DNA of 64,000 bases from Azolla caroliniana (taxonomy: Eukaryota; Plantae; Polypodiophyta), in the NCBI GenBank assembly GCA_043228905.1, contig JBHGNT010000018.1, positions 434,001 to 498,000 of the forward strand. The letters are read 5' to 3'. The notes under the pieces are model-generated. The model had not been told where the DNA came from, searched no databases, and saw only the letters and a program-made list of their open reading frames with translations. A program made the translations under genes and the position numbers. Shown in pieces: positions 1-19,546 of this stretch. How positions within the stretch are numbered: the stretch's first letter is position 1; each line of letters begins with the position of its first letter.

Positions 1-798
1 TTCAAGAGTTTCGAGGCTAATGCTTTGGGAGGACGTGATTATGAATTAATCATTGCACCTTGTGATAAACAAATAATGCATCCTTATTTATACTTATCCC
101 AACTAAAGCTAGTCATTGATGAGATCATGAAGATATAATATTATAGCACAATTGCGTGGACTTTGTGAAAATTCTCATGATTGATGTTGCGAGCAAATAT
201 GGCTCATAATTTTAGAACAACACAAATGCTAGACTTTACAGAAGTTCTAATGATGGATGTTGCAAGCAAACATGTCTCATAATTTTAGAATTTCATTAAC
301 GCAACAATTACAAAACATAACATTGATACAAAGTCACTTACCTTTACAAACCAAGCAACAAATTTGGGTTATTGGTGTGTAGGGGGTTGAACACCATCGT
401 TACAAAGAGACGACTAAACTCTTTTATGATTGCTATGTTCAGTCTCTTCAATGACTATCATCTAAGGTTGAAGAAGACACAAAAGTACATTAACTTTGAT
501 TATGGCTAGTGGCAAATCTTAAGATGTTGTCGACATTCTAGATTGGAGAGTTTTGATTGGGAGTTTTCTATTGGGATTAGCTCTAATGTGATGTGGACTA
601 ACAACAATCAATTACTTATTTTGCAACGTCCAAGTGAAAGATAGTATACACCGTTTCATACAATTTGTGATTGCTTATATGATTTGGAGTTACATTTCTC
701 AAATTTGGCAAGTTTTGTCATGGTGTTATTTGACACCAAGGCAATGGGTGTTTGCACAATTCAACAGGGTGACCCAAAATCAAATATGGAGATCATTG

Positions 799-1556
799 TG
801 ACAGGAACTACACGCTCCCTATGCGCAATGCTCGGCCACAACCGAGCTTAGAATCATACACAGAAAACGGGAATGAATGCACGACACAGTGAAGAGAAGA
901 GTACACAAGATGTTTACGTGGAAAACCCAAACTCGGGAAAAACCACGGCAGCCCACAGACCGCAAACTATCACTATATCAGAATGTACAATAGGAAAGCA
1001 CCGAGGCCACGACCTCAAGCTTGCTATCTTCGTCACAGGCGGCGGTTACAACAGAGGCAACGACCTCTTCCTCTCTCTCACTCTCTCAGTACACTGTTAC
1101 GCGATCTAATCTTGCGCAAAACAAGAATGACAACAACTTCTTCTTCTAAGTTTGCCCTAAGTCATATTTATACTAATATGACTTTTCGGCTATTTACAAA
1201 TATAGCCCCGATGGACTCTCGGAAAACATATTTACGAATATGTCCCTTCATCCGGTGAGCACTCCTCACCGGGCTTGCATCATCCGGCGCTTGTCGGGTA
1301 CTCGTCATCCGGTTCTCACCGGGTCTTCCGTAGCCGGGTACTCCACATCCGGTTCTCATTGGGTCTTCACCATCCGGCTCTTGCCGGGTACTCGTCATCC
1401 GGTTCTCACCGGGTCTTCCGTTTCCGGGTACTCCACATCCGGTTCTCACCGGCTCCTCCGTAACCGGGTACACCACATCCGGTTTCGGCCTCGGCCGAGT
1501 TTGCTCATCAGGACTGTTCTTCTCATTTCCCATCCGGAGGGACCTGTTTCCTAACA
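799..1556 (-). mobile_element. Solo LTR (probably copia-type), 758 bp, with 5-bp TSD CATTG
   Basis: Starts TG (799) and ends CA (1556). CATTG flanks both sides (794-798, 1557-1561). GC-rich island in AT-rich DNA with no coding domains. Orientation is inferred, not proven. Confidence 0.85.
1285..1490. repeat. Tandem repeat array inside the solo LTR (about 90-bp period built of ~40-50 bp CCGGGTACTC..CATCCGGTTCTCACC subunits)
   Basis: CGGGTACTCGTCATCCGGTTCTCACCGGGTCTTCCGT recurs 90 bp apart (about 1295 and 1385), with additional partial units. Confidence 0.9.
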
Positions 1557-2801
1557 CATTGTCCTATTTATGAGATACTGGGGATTACATCACAATTGGG
1601 ATATACATAATGTTTTTGTATTTGATGGTAGACATGGAATCAAAGCATATTGTATACGAAAGTTGAAGGGAGTACTGATGTGTGACAAATTTCTTTATTG
1701 GAGCAAGTTGAATTGCCTATTGGCAAGTCGACATATTCTATAACCTGTGTAGTGGTGAGCATACTCAATTGTGGTACCATTGTAGTGTTTTTCATGTACA
1801 TTTATTACTATAATTGGGTGTTCTCCATATGTACAAAAGCCCAACTAAAGGAAGATAGACTTACTCTTGTTAGAGACATCCACACTAAACTGATACACCT
1901 CCAAACCATCATTGCCATCGGGCATGAAATAAATCGATGCCTCATTTTCAAATTATTTTTGAGTTCTTGAGGTATTGGGGGCTATGGTTCAATTGGAATA
2001 TGCGGAATGCCTTCATTTTTTATTCGCAAGTTGGGGTGAGAAAATATGTTCTAAAGTTAAACAGACTTCTTTTGTGGCAATTGACAGTGCGAGAGAAGTC
2101 ACGCAATCTCAACTTGGAAGAAAGAAAGAAAGAAAGATATATTAACGTCTTCTAAGGCCCATGAGACAAATGGTTTACAAAAAATGGGATATTTACCCAT
2201 TCATCGAAAGTAAAAAATCAAAATAAGATAAAAAATAGTTCTATAAAAAAACATGTTCTACAATGAAAAGATGTTATACTAGGCCTAATTTCATTTCCAT
2301 CCAAGTCTCTCGAAGAGAAGCGGGAGGTCAAAGGGTTGCAATGTAGATGTGGCCCGTGGTCCCAATGTAAAAGGTACCCCAACCATAGCTTCTAGTCGAC
2401 GTAGCTTCAAGAGAACTCTGCAAGGTCACATATCATCATACTCGCCATTTGAATTGGTGTGTAGGGTGGCATTGAGTTTGGAGTCATAGTAGTCTTTATG
2501 ATCCCTAGATAGAAGGGTTTTATACTTTGTAGTAAGTTAGTCATGGTGGTGTTTTTTGTTTCGTAATGAAAGCCATTATTAACGAAAAGAGAGAGACAGA
2601 GGTAGTCGATGACAACATTGACATGAGATCAAGAGGAAGATCGAAGTGTCAACATAGGACTACGGCACGAAGATGAAGAAGTCATGTGAACGAGCATGGA
2701 AGCGAATTCATATATACAGGGGTGCAAGCGCGGGGGGGGGGGGGGGGGGGGGTGAGCTTGAACCACGGTCCGCAAATGCTCCCCCCTATCTATCACGAAA
2801 A

Positions 2802-3188
2802 TGTAGAAAGTAGCGTGCGGAAGCAGGTATGAAGACAGAACAGAGGAAGGAAACTCAGGTTCAATGGAGAGCTTAGGCTTACACGGTATACGCAAGAGAG
2901 ACAGAGAGAGAAACACAAAAACCTATATTCAACAATAACACTCAATCTCTGTACATAAGACGTGCTCAGTGAACACTTTTATACAAGTCCTGGAAGGACT
3001 GACCGAAGTACTGACAGTACTTCAATGCTCATTAAGAGCTCCTACACTAACTCCCAAATATATTCCTCACGGAATATCTTTCCTAACGATCTCCCGGTTT
3101 ACGCACTCGGCCTAACCGATCGGTCCCAACCGATCCAGTCCTCGGCTTCTTCAGCCGATCCGGCCGATGTTGAGCTTGTCTCTCAACA
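2802..3188 (-). repeat. 3' LTR of the copia element
   Basis: Near-identical to 8118-8504 and adjacent to the PPT. Confidence 0.97.
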
Positions 3189-3293
3189 CTCCCCCTCAAG
3201 CTCAACTTGAGGCTCTTCGGGATCTTCACAGCACCGGTTCCTCCTGGCTTCTCGCCTCGCTCGCGCTCCTCGACCTGTTTGACTCCGCGCACT

Positions 3294-6200
3294 TCAACCC
3301 TTCCGATCGGCTTGTCTGCTCATGCGGCCCTCATCAGCTCTTCTGTTGTTGCGGTGTTGACGCTTCTTCTGCTGCCTTTTCTTCCGCTTGGGCCTCGATT
3401 GATTCAGCGTGTCTGAATCAAACATCTGAACCGACTCGGCTACCTCCGATCGGTTTTCGCTCTCGTCCGAGTTGGCTGTCTCCAACTCGTCTTCGGTCTT
3501 CTCGCCCTCGATGGCGTCATCTCCCCTATGCGTGGTTGGCTTCGGCTCTCTCCTTCGGCTGCTCCCCTTCTGTCCGCTTCCGAACTTTTCCGCGGGTCCG
3601 CCCTCGGCTTCTTCAGCCGATCCGAAGTCGCCCTCGGCTTCTACAGCCGATCCGTCTTCAACCGAGTCAACAAACGAATCAACCGACTCGGTGTCGCGGT
3701 GTCTGCTCCTTTCCTGCTGCCTTGCTTGGTCGTTCGGGACTGTTCTCCCCCTCAAGTTCGGCACGTCAAGGTGACGCAATCTGAGCGCACCTGAGAATTG
3801 CCGCAACTTGTCCAGACCAAGAGGCTTGGTGAAGATGTCGGCTGCCTGCCGATCCGTCAGAACGTACTGAAGTTCGACTTCACCGGAAAGGACACGCTCA
3901 CGGACGAAATGGTAGTGCACCTCAATGTGCTTGGTTCGTGCGTGGAAGACGGGGTTCTTCGCGAGTTGGATGCTACTGAGGTTGTCGCAGTAGATCGTCG
4001 TCGGATCTGACACCTGCTCTTGCAGGTCCTTAAGTAGCCGCTTCAACCATATGGCTTTGCATGTCGCGACAGCCGCTCCTCGGTACTCAGCTTCAATGCT
4101 CGATAGTGCAACCGTCTGCTGCTTCTTACTGCTCCACGCGATCGCGGCACTCCTGAGGTAGAACGCGTATCCAGACGTGGATCGGCGATCGCCGACGTTG
4201 CCAGCCCAATCAGCATCGGTGTAGCCGACTAGCTGCACGGCTGCACCGGTCCGATATAGCAGTCCTCGGTCCTTAGTGCCACTTACGTACCAAAGTACGC
4301 GTTGGGCACACTGAAGGTGCTCCTCGGTAGGTCGCGCCATGAACTGACTGATCACCCCGACCGGATAACTGAGGTCGGGTCCGGTGATGGTCAAGTATAT
4401 GAGGCTTCCGACAATTTGTCGGAACCTCGTCGGGTCGCATACCTTTCCCGTATCGGGACAAAGCTTCATGGTTCTGTCCAGAGGAGTCGAGATGGACTTA
4501 CAGTCGGCCATCCCGAGTTTGAAGAGCATACTCAACACGTAATGACGTTGGCTGATCAATATGCCTTCGGGGGTACGGATCACTTCGATCCCGAGGAAGT
4601 AATGAAGGTCCCCCAGATCCTTCATGTCGAACGATGCCGCAAGCTGGAGCTTCACGCGGTCGATTTCTCCTAGGTCGGCGCCGGTGATGACCAAGTCATC
4701 AACATATAGTAAAATACTAACCGGTCCAAGTCGACCTTTCCGGATGAACAGGGAAGAGTCCGATTTTGACGTGACGAAGCCCAACCGACGCAGTTGTTGC
4801 ATGATCTTCGCATTCCAGGCACGCGGGGCTTGCTTCAGTCCGTAAAGGGACTTCTTCAATCGGCAGACTGCCGAGGAGTTCGTTCCGGAGTGAAATCCAA
4901 GGGGCTGTACCATGTACACCTGTTCCTCAAGGTCACCTTGCAGGAACGCATTCTTTACATCCATCTGATGTAAGTGCCACCCCTTGGCCGCGGCTACTGC
5001 GAGCAAAACACAGACGATCGTCATTTTCGCGACCGGCGCAAACGTCGTATCGTAGTCGATGCCGTGTTTTTGCGCATAGCCCTTTGCCACTAGCCGAGCC
5101 TTGTACCGGTTGACCGAGCCATCGGTGTTGTACTTGACTTTGTACACCCATCTACACCCGATCGGCTTCACACCCTTCGGTGCGTCAACCAGGTCCTAGG
5201 TCTCGTTCTCCGCCAATGCGTGCATCTCTTCCTCCATCGCGGCGCGCCAATTCGCGTCCTTCGCCGCTTTTGCGTAGCTCTCAGGCTCACGCACTTCCGC
5301 TATACGGGTCATGTACGCATAATGATGCGCCATGTACTCGTTGTATCCGAACCGCACGACTGAGTTCTTCTGGCGGGTAGATCGACGTAATCTCACATTA
5401 GCCGATGTCGAGGCCTTCTCAGTCGACGCGGTCTTCACCTTTAAAGACCCGTCACCGGTTCCCTCGGAGTCGGACTCGCGTCGGTCTGACTCGTTCCTTT
5501 CCGTGCCGGAATCCGACACCTTCTTCTTCCCTTTCTCTTTGCGCGTAAGCCGTCTCCTCGGCTTCCTGCGCGGGGAAAGCACGGCCGAGTCTCCACTACT
5601 CGCCGGCTCTTCATCGGACTGGTCGTACCGACTCAGTCATCCAATCGGTCCAGTTAACCGGAGTGAAATTGGACTCTCTTCGCGGGTCTCGATTTCGGGC
5701 TCTTCCGGAGGCATCTCGGCCTCGCTGACCTCATCGTCAGAACTCGTATTGGAGTCGGGGTTCCGAGGCGAGGGCAGGTACCAGGACGCGGACTCGTCAA
5801 ACACAACGTCGCGGCTGACACACGCTTGTTTGGTGCGAGGGTTATAGCACTTATAACCCTTCTGCTCGTCCGAGTAACTGACCAAGATGCACTTCTCGGC
5901 CTTTGCGTCCAGCTTCCTCCTTTTCTCCTTCGGTACATGCACATACGCAATGCTACCGAACACCCTCAAGTGTCGCAAGTTCGGCTTTGTTCCGAAATAT
6001 AGCTCGTGCGCCGACACTTTGTCTCTGATCCGGTTCTGGATGTATACCGCGGTCCTTACCGCCTTGGCCCAGTAGAACTTGGGCAAGCTCTTCTCCTCCA
6101 GCATTGCCCGTGCCGCTTCCACAATCGACTGATTCTTCCTCTCAACCACGCCGTTCTGCTCCAGCGTGTATCTACAACTGAATTCGCGCCGAATTCCCAT

Positions 6201-8045
6201 TTGTTGTAGATAACCGTTGAATTGACCGGAAAAGTACTCTTTCCCGCCATCCGACCGCAGGCACTTGATCTTTCGTCCCGTTTCTGTTTCCACGAACCCT
6301 TTGAGGTCCCAGAAACAGTCGAAGACTTCGCTCTTCCTCTCAATGAGGTAGATCCACGTGTGTCGCGTGTGGTCGTCGATGAAGGAGACGAAATATCGGC
6401 TCCCGCCAAGGCTAACGTTTTGTGCCGGCCCCCACACATCCGAGTGTATAAGGTCGAGCTTGTTCCGGCTCCGGTTTCACTCGTTGGGGAAAGGAAGTCG
6501 GTGTTGCTTCCCGAGCTGACAGGCTTCACAAATTTGTGCCTTTCGGCCACTAAACTTGGGCAATCCGAACACTACCTGTTTCGATTGCAGATCTTGAAGC
6601 CGCTGGTAGTTGACGTGGCCTATCCGCTTGTGCCACAAGTCGATGTCCGACTCGGCTTTTTGTCCCTTCGCGAACATTGAGGTGCCACCGTTAGTGGAAT
6701 CGAGGATGAACATCCTCTCGTCTCTGCGCCCTTGCGCAATCACTCGACCTTCTTCCTCAATGAAGCACCCGAGGTGTGTAAACCGAACCTCCATCCCTTG
6801 GTCGACGATCTGTCCGACCGAGACCAAGTTCTTCGTGATTGTCGGAACGTGCAACACGTTCTTGAGTTTCCCTTTCTGCCCGACATGGCTAAGGGGAACT
6901 TCTTCGACATTCACGATCGGATGCGGAGTGTCGTCTCCTGTTGCGACTACTCCCGGTTGTATCGGTTTTTCAAGGTACGAGAACCACGCCTTATGGCTCG
7001 TCATGTGGTTTGACGCGCCGGAGTCTACGTACCACACCTCGTCCAATCTCGGGGTGCTCTGTTTCATTGAGTTTGCTTCATGTTTCGTCACGAAGACAGA
7101 CCCTTCTCCGGCTCTCCCAGAGTCTTTGGCCTAGTGCGATCGCTGCCGATTTCCCTTGTCGGTATGTCTGGAGCCGTTCCCGGAACCAGTTCTCTCCGAA
7201 TCAGCGCGCTTCTTCTAGCACTCGCTTTCCCTGTGGCCTTTCTTGCCACAATACCAGCACTCTGCGATGGCCTTCCCTTGCCGGTTCTCATCACTTCGAC
7301 TCCCCCTGTTTCCGGAGGGTTCGGAGTTGCTGTCGGCATCACTTCGGTGCCTTCTTCCTTGATCTCGTCGGCCGCCTCCATTGCGTGCCGACTCGCCTCG
7401 TCCTCCACGTCCACGGGGCCTATCTCCCTCTGTGTACAACATTCTGTTGTCGGTGTGCGCGCTTGTAGACGCACCTGTGTGGTTCTCCTCTACCAGGAGC
7501 ATCGACTGTAAGTCGAAAAAGGACGACGTATTCTCCCGGGTACACACAGTAGTTCGGAACGCTCCGAACTTCGACGCCAAACCTCCGAGACAAATCTGGA
7601 CCATCTCGCTCTCCTCGATGTTCACCTCTATGGAGGCGAGGGAGTCGCAGATATCCTTGATCTTCGAGGTATAGTCCGCCACTGACAAGTCGCGTTGTCG
7701 TAGGTTGCTCAACTCCTGTCGGAGCTGAAGCTTCCTGGCTATGGTGCTCGCGGCGAAAATCTTCTTCAGATTTTCCCACGCACCCTTCGGCGTCTTTGCA
7801 TCCCGAACATAGCTCAATAGCTGTTCGCCCACACACGACGCGAAGCAGTATAGTACCCTGCTCGCTGATTGCTCCCACGACGGGAAGTCTCTGTGTGTCG
7901 ATTCGGGTGCCGCATCATTAGCTCCTTCAACATAACTCCAGTAGCCGTGCCCGAGCAGGTACTGGTGCATCTTGTAGGACCAAGACACGTAGTTGGTTTT
8001 GTCGAACTTCTCTGTTGGAAGCGAGCTCACCATGCCTCTATCCAT
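3294..8045 (-). pseudogene. Copia gag-pol polyprotein, single reading frame interrupted by 5 in-frame stops
   Basis: ORF pieces 7215-8045 (gag, CWYCGKKGHRESEC knuckle), 6477-7091 (protease WYVDSGASNHM, GAG-pre-integrase), 5637-6437 (integrase LRSDGGKEY), 5196-5582 and 3294-5171 (RT LYVDDL, RNase H DADWAG..ADIFTK) are all in one frame. Stops at 7215, 7131, 6477, 5637 and 5196. Confidence 0.95.
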
Positions 8046-8117
8046 CGTTCTTCTTGTTCTTCTTCGTCAAGCTGTGTCGGCTGTAGAGAGGTTCTCAACC
8101 CTCGCGCTCTGATACCA

Positions 8118-8504
8118 TGTAGAAAGTAGCGTGCGGAAGCAGGTATGAAGACAGAACAGAGGAAGGAAACTCAGGTTCAATGGAGAGCTTAGGCTTACAT
8201 GGTATACGCAGGAGAGACAGAGAGAGAAACACAAAAACCTATATTCAACAATAACACTCAATCTCTGTACATAAGACGTGCTCAGTGAACACTTTTATAC
8301 AAGTCCTGGAAGGACTGACCGAAGTACTGACAATACTTCAATGCTCATTAAGAGCTCCTACACTAACTCCCAAATATATTCCTCACGGAATATCTTTCCT
8401 AACGATCTCCCGGTTTATGCACTCGACCTAACCGATCGGTCCCAACCGATCCGGTCCTCGGCTTCTTCAGCCGATCCGGCCGATGTTGAGGTTGTCTCTC
8501 AACA
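8118..8504 (-). repeat. 5' LTR of the copia element
   Basis: Near-identical to 2802-3188 and adjacent to the PBS. Confidence 0.97.
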
Positions 8505-8534
8505 GAAAATGTCCACACAAACCACATCCAGGCA

Positions 8535-8739
8535 AAGAAGAAGAAGAAGAAGAAGAAGAAGAAGAAGAAGATGTTGTGTGAGTGGCCTCCTTAATTTCCG
8601 ATTTTCCTTCTCTCTCTATTATGTATTATTATTGTTATTGTTATTATCGTTATTATTATTAATTTGGTTCCCTTCAAAATAACGCTAAAACACCATCGTA
8701 TTGTTTTGCTCCCTTCGAGGAGCTCTACACACACACACA

Positions 8740-8815
<76 letters not shown>
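8535..8815. repeat. Microsatellite cluster (GAA)n, (CA)n, (CT)n in the UGPase promoter/5' UTR
   Basis: Directly visible simple repeats. Confidence 0.95.
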
Positions 8816-8818
<3 letters not shown>

Positions 8819-8824
8819 CGAGCC

Positions 8825-16562
<7,738 letters not shown>

Positions 16563-19055
16563 AAAGAACATCGTCTAATAATGTTAATATTGATATCTTT
16601 TAGTTATGCAGAGACAAACATCCAAAGTGTCTAGCTGACCTTTGGATGAGTTTAAGGAATTGGTGTATCTTGTCTATGATAGACGCTTTGATGTTGAAAA
16701 ACCAACTATGAAAATGTTTCTAATAATTTATTATGAATCTAAGAAAAATTTCAGTTTCGAATTCATCATTTTTTCTGCTTTCCAATTGTAGAATCTAAAA
16801 TATGGCTTCATGCACGAGCAATGCTACCTATGGCATTGATTTACATTCCATAAAAATCATATTTGAGAGTCCTTTTCAATGGTTGTATATTAACATTGCA
16901 AACCCTCGTTACCAAATCACGCTTAAGGGAATATTGGGTTTTTAGAGTTAATAAAGTCTTATTGGTGCTATGACTTTTGAAGGTTTTTGGCATTGTATTT
17001 GGGAGGGTGTGTGATTTGCCCCATGTTAGTAAAAAACAATCAATTGTCGAAATTAATGCAATCATAACATGTTTCTTTGCTTTGGGCGGTAAATCAAGTG
17101 CATTGCCCTAAACCTAATCTTGCTTCGCAAATGAAATGCATGGTACTAAAGAGATTAGGATCTATGAACAATCTTGTTAATGAAGGGGTATATATGTATG
17201 TCATCATAATATAGGGCTTAGTTCCATGATATTGTATTCGAGTAATAATTTTGGTTGCTAAATGGATGGTTTATACAATTCTTTGTCAAATTGCCAAGTA
17301 ATTGGGTGCACCCATTCAATATTGTTATGAATGTATGCAAAATTTTATAATTTACTAATCAATTGGGAAAGATGTGGTCCCATTAACTCAAATGGATGAC
17401 CATGTGGTCTAGGTATAAACTAGGGTTGCTGCTTATAAATAGGCTTCACCATCTAATGCACACATTCTTCCTACTTTGTGCCCTTTATATACCACATATT
17501 TCTTTGTACACTGCAATACCATCTCATGAGGTACAAGCACATCCCTACCATTCATGGTATGAGACATGATAAGAATAATTGGGAGCATAATTTGGTCCTT
17601 CAATTAGAAGTACAAAGTCACAAGTATTTCCAACTTTATTGATTTTATGTTCTTGTTCACTCATTACTATTGTCTAGGATAGGACGATGCTCGTATAGTT
17701 TGTAAAAGAGGTTTTGTTTGAATGAGTCGCACACTAAGCATAGCAAAGATTTCTCGATAAAAAATGAAAATGAAGGAAAGAAAATATTAAAATTTTGTGT
17801 AGCAATACACCTCAGACTCAAATAGATGTTATCTGGTGGCACATGTCCACTCGATTTTTGATGAGATATCGTTCAAATAGATCCTTAGCACTGTCAACTT
17901 ATTTTTGGGCCATGAAGCTTATACTCAAGGTGGATGCTCACCTTTAAAAAATTATGAGGTGGATTGGAATTAAAATACGAAAGGCCTTAATGCCCTTTTA
18001 AGGATTCAAATAAGATTAATCTCCAAAATTATTGATAGAATTGTCATATGATGGAATAACATTTGATTTACTTAGTGTTCGTGACTCTTTCCAATGTTTT
18101 TGTTTCTATAGTTAGGTAATCAAACAATGTGTGTTCTACATTTTCCTTAAGTCGTTTATCAACAACCATGATTGTGCGACTATGTAATTTGGCTTTGTTA
18201 TTACCATGATTTATTTAATACTCAATAGTCATTTCCTTAAAATCATCCTAAAATGTGACTTTAGTTAGCTTTGAAGTGTCATCATACTATTTAGTTGACA
18301 TTAAACTTCGAAGGTATGGTGTACCTCTATGCTAACATACCTTAGTCTTGATCATGGAGAGTCACTACTCAACTCACATGTAGATGTGGATTTGTTTTGG
18401 TGTCACAGGTCATACATACAAAGTCCAAGGATGATAGTAAAATCAAAATTTCTCGTTGTGGTCAAGTTCAATTCTTGACAATGGGCGGCTAGGCTTGGTA
18501 TCATAGATGGCAAATCGGTCTGCCGTGGACGTTAAAAATATCTCTTCTTTTTTGTAAATCTAATGTTGAAAACTCTCTCTCATGGGCCAAATTTTGTCTT
18601 AGAAGATGTTAATAAATCTATGTTAAAACAAGATGATAATACCACCCTTGCTATCTCCACTACTTCATTAGTAGTGATATGGCAAGGTAAACCCTCTTCA
18701 AATGTTGTAATACTAGATGACATAACTCTACCTCATCTTGGGACAAACGTCCCCATACAACATAGTTGCGAAATTTGCCAAATCAACTTCCCTTTCATCC
18801 TAAGCAGTTGTTGTGTTACCCCAAGAAGTCCATCAAACAAGAACCCATTTCTCGTGGTCCAATTAATTTAAAACCACATCCCCCAATACCTAAGGTAGTC
18901 AAACACGAACTAATATGATGGTGCGGGTATAGCTTTATCATCATCAATGAAAACCCGCTAAAAAGGTGATAAAATACTTCCTAGGCCCAAATGGCTTCGG
19001 CAACCGGACATGTAATGAACCACCTATGTCTGGCATCTTCATCAACCACCTATGT

Positions 19056-19101
<46 letters not shown>

Positions 19102-19298
19102 ATATATATGTATATGTATGTATGTGTATGTATATGTATACGTATGTACGTATCGATATATGTATTGTGTCCGAGGACGATAACAAATCATCAGATTCAT
19201 TTTCCTGGGAGAAAGGCCATCATGCACCAAAGTGTGAAAGGTTGACCTCGTCCCAAGTGTGAACCTGCCCACGAGTCCCCCTTGAATATGTAACCGAC

Positions 19299-19320
19299 TT
19301 AGGGTTAGGGTTAGGGTTTC
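19299..19320 (-). promoter_or_regulatory. Telo-box/telomere-like repeats upstream of the kinase gene
   Basis: TTAGGGTTAGGGTTAGGGTTT (AAACCCTA telo-box on the minus strand) about 230 bp upstream of the ATG, next to a (CT)n tract. Confidence 0.55.
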
Positions 19321-19374
19321 CTGCATATTCTGTGCTATTCATTTTTTCCCTGTTGCTCTTCTCCGTCTGTCTGT

Positions 19375-19420
<46 letters not shown>

Positions 19421-19546
19421 GTCCGAGAATTATTCCACTGCAGATCCACATCTTCCCCCCCTTTCTCAAAGACTGCTTCATCTTCAGATCTGTAATAACA
19501 TTCAGGTCTGTTTGTTCTATTATTTGTCCTTCCAGATCTTCTGGCC

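Larger units (their letters stand above)
2802..8504 (-). mobile_element. Full-length Ty1/copia LTR retrotransposon
   Basis: Two 387-bp TG..CA LTRs (2802-3188, 8118-8504) with about 7 mismatches. TSD GAAAA (2797-2801, 8505-8509). PBS TGGTATCAGAGC (8106-8117, tRNA-iMet) and PPT CTTGAGGGGGAG (3189-3200). Domain order gag-PR-IN-RT-RH. Confidence 0.98.

Noticed and set aside
1285-1490. Regular repeats resembling a CRISPR array
   Set aside because: Eukaryotic context, no unique spacers and no cas genes. This is an LTR-internal tandem repeat.
3167-8682. Numerous plus-strand and alternate-frame ORFs (e.g. 3167-3784, 5332-5847, 6610-7134)
   Set aside because: Antisense or shadow frames of the GC-rich copia gag-pol and LTRs, with no independent domain signal.
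17000-19000. Intergenic short ORFs and TE-like decayed sequence
   Set aside because: No identifiable motif, termini or TSD.
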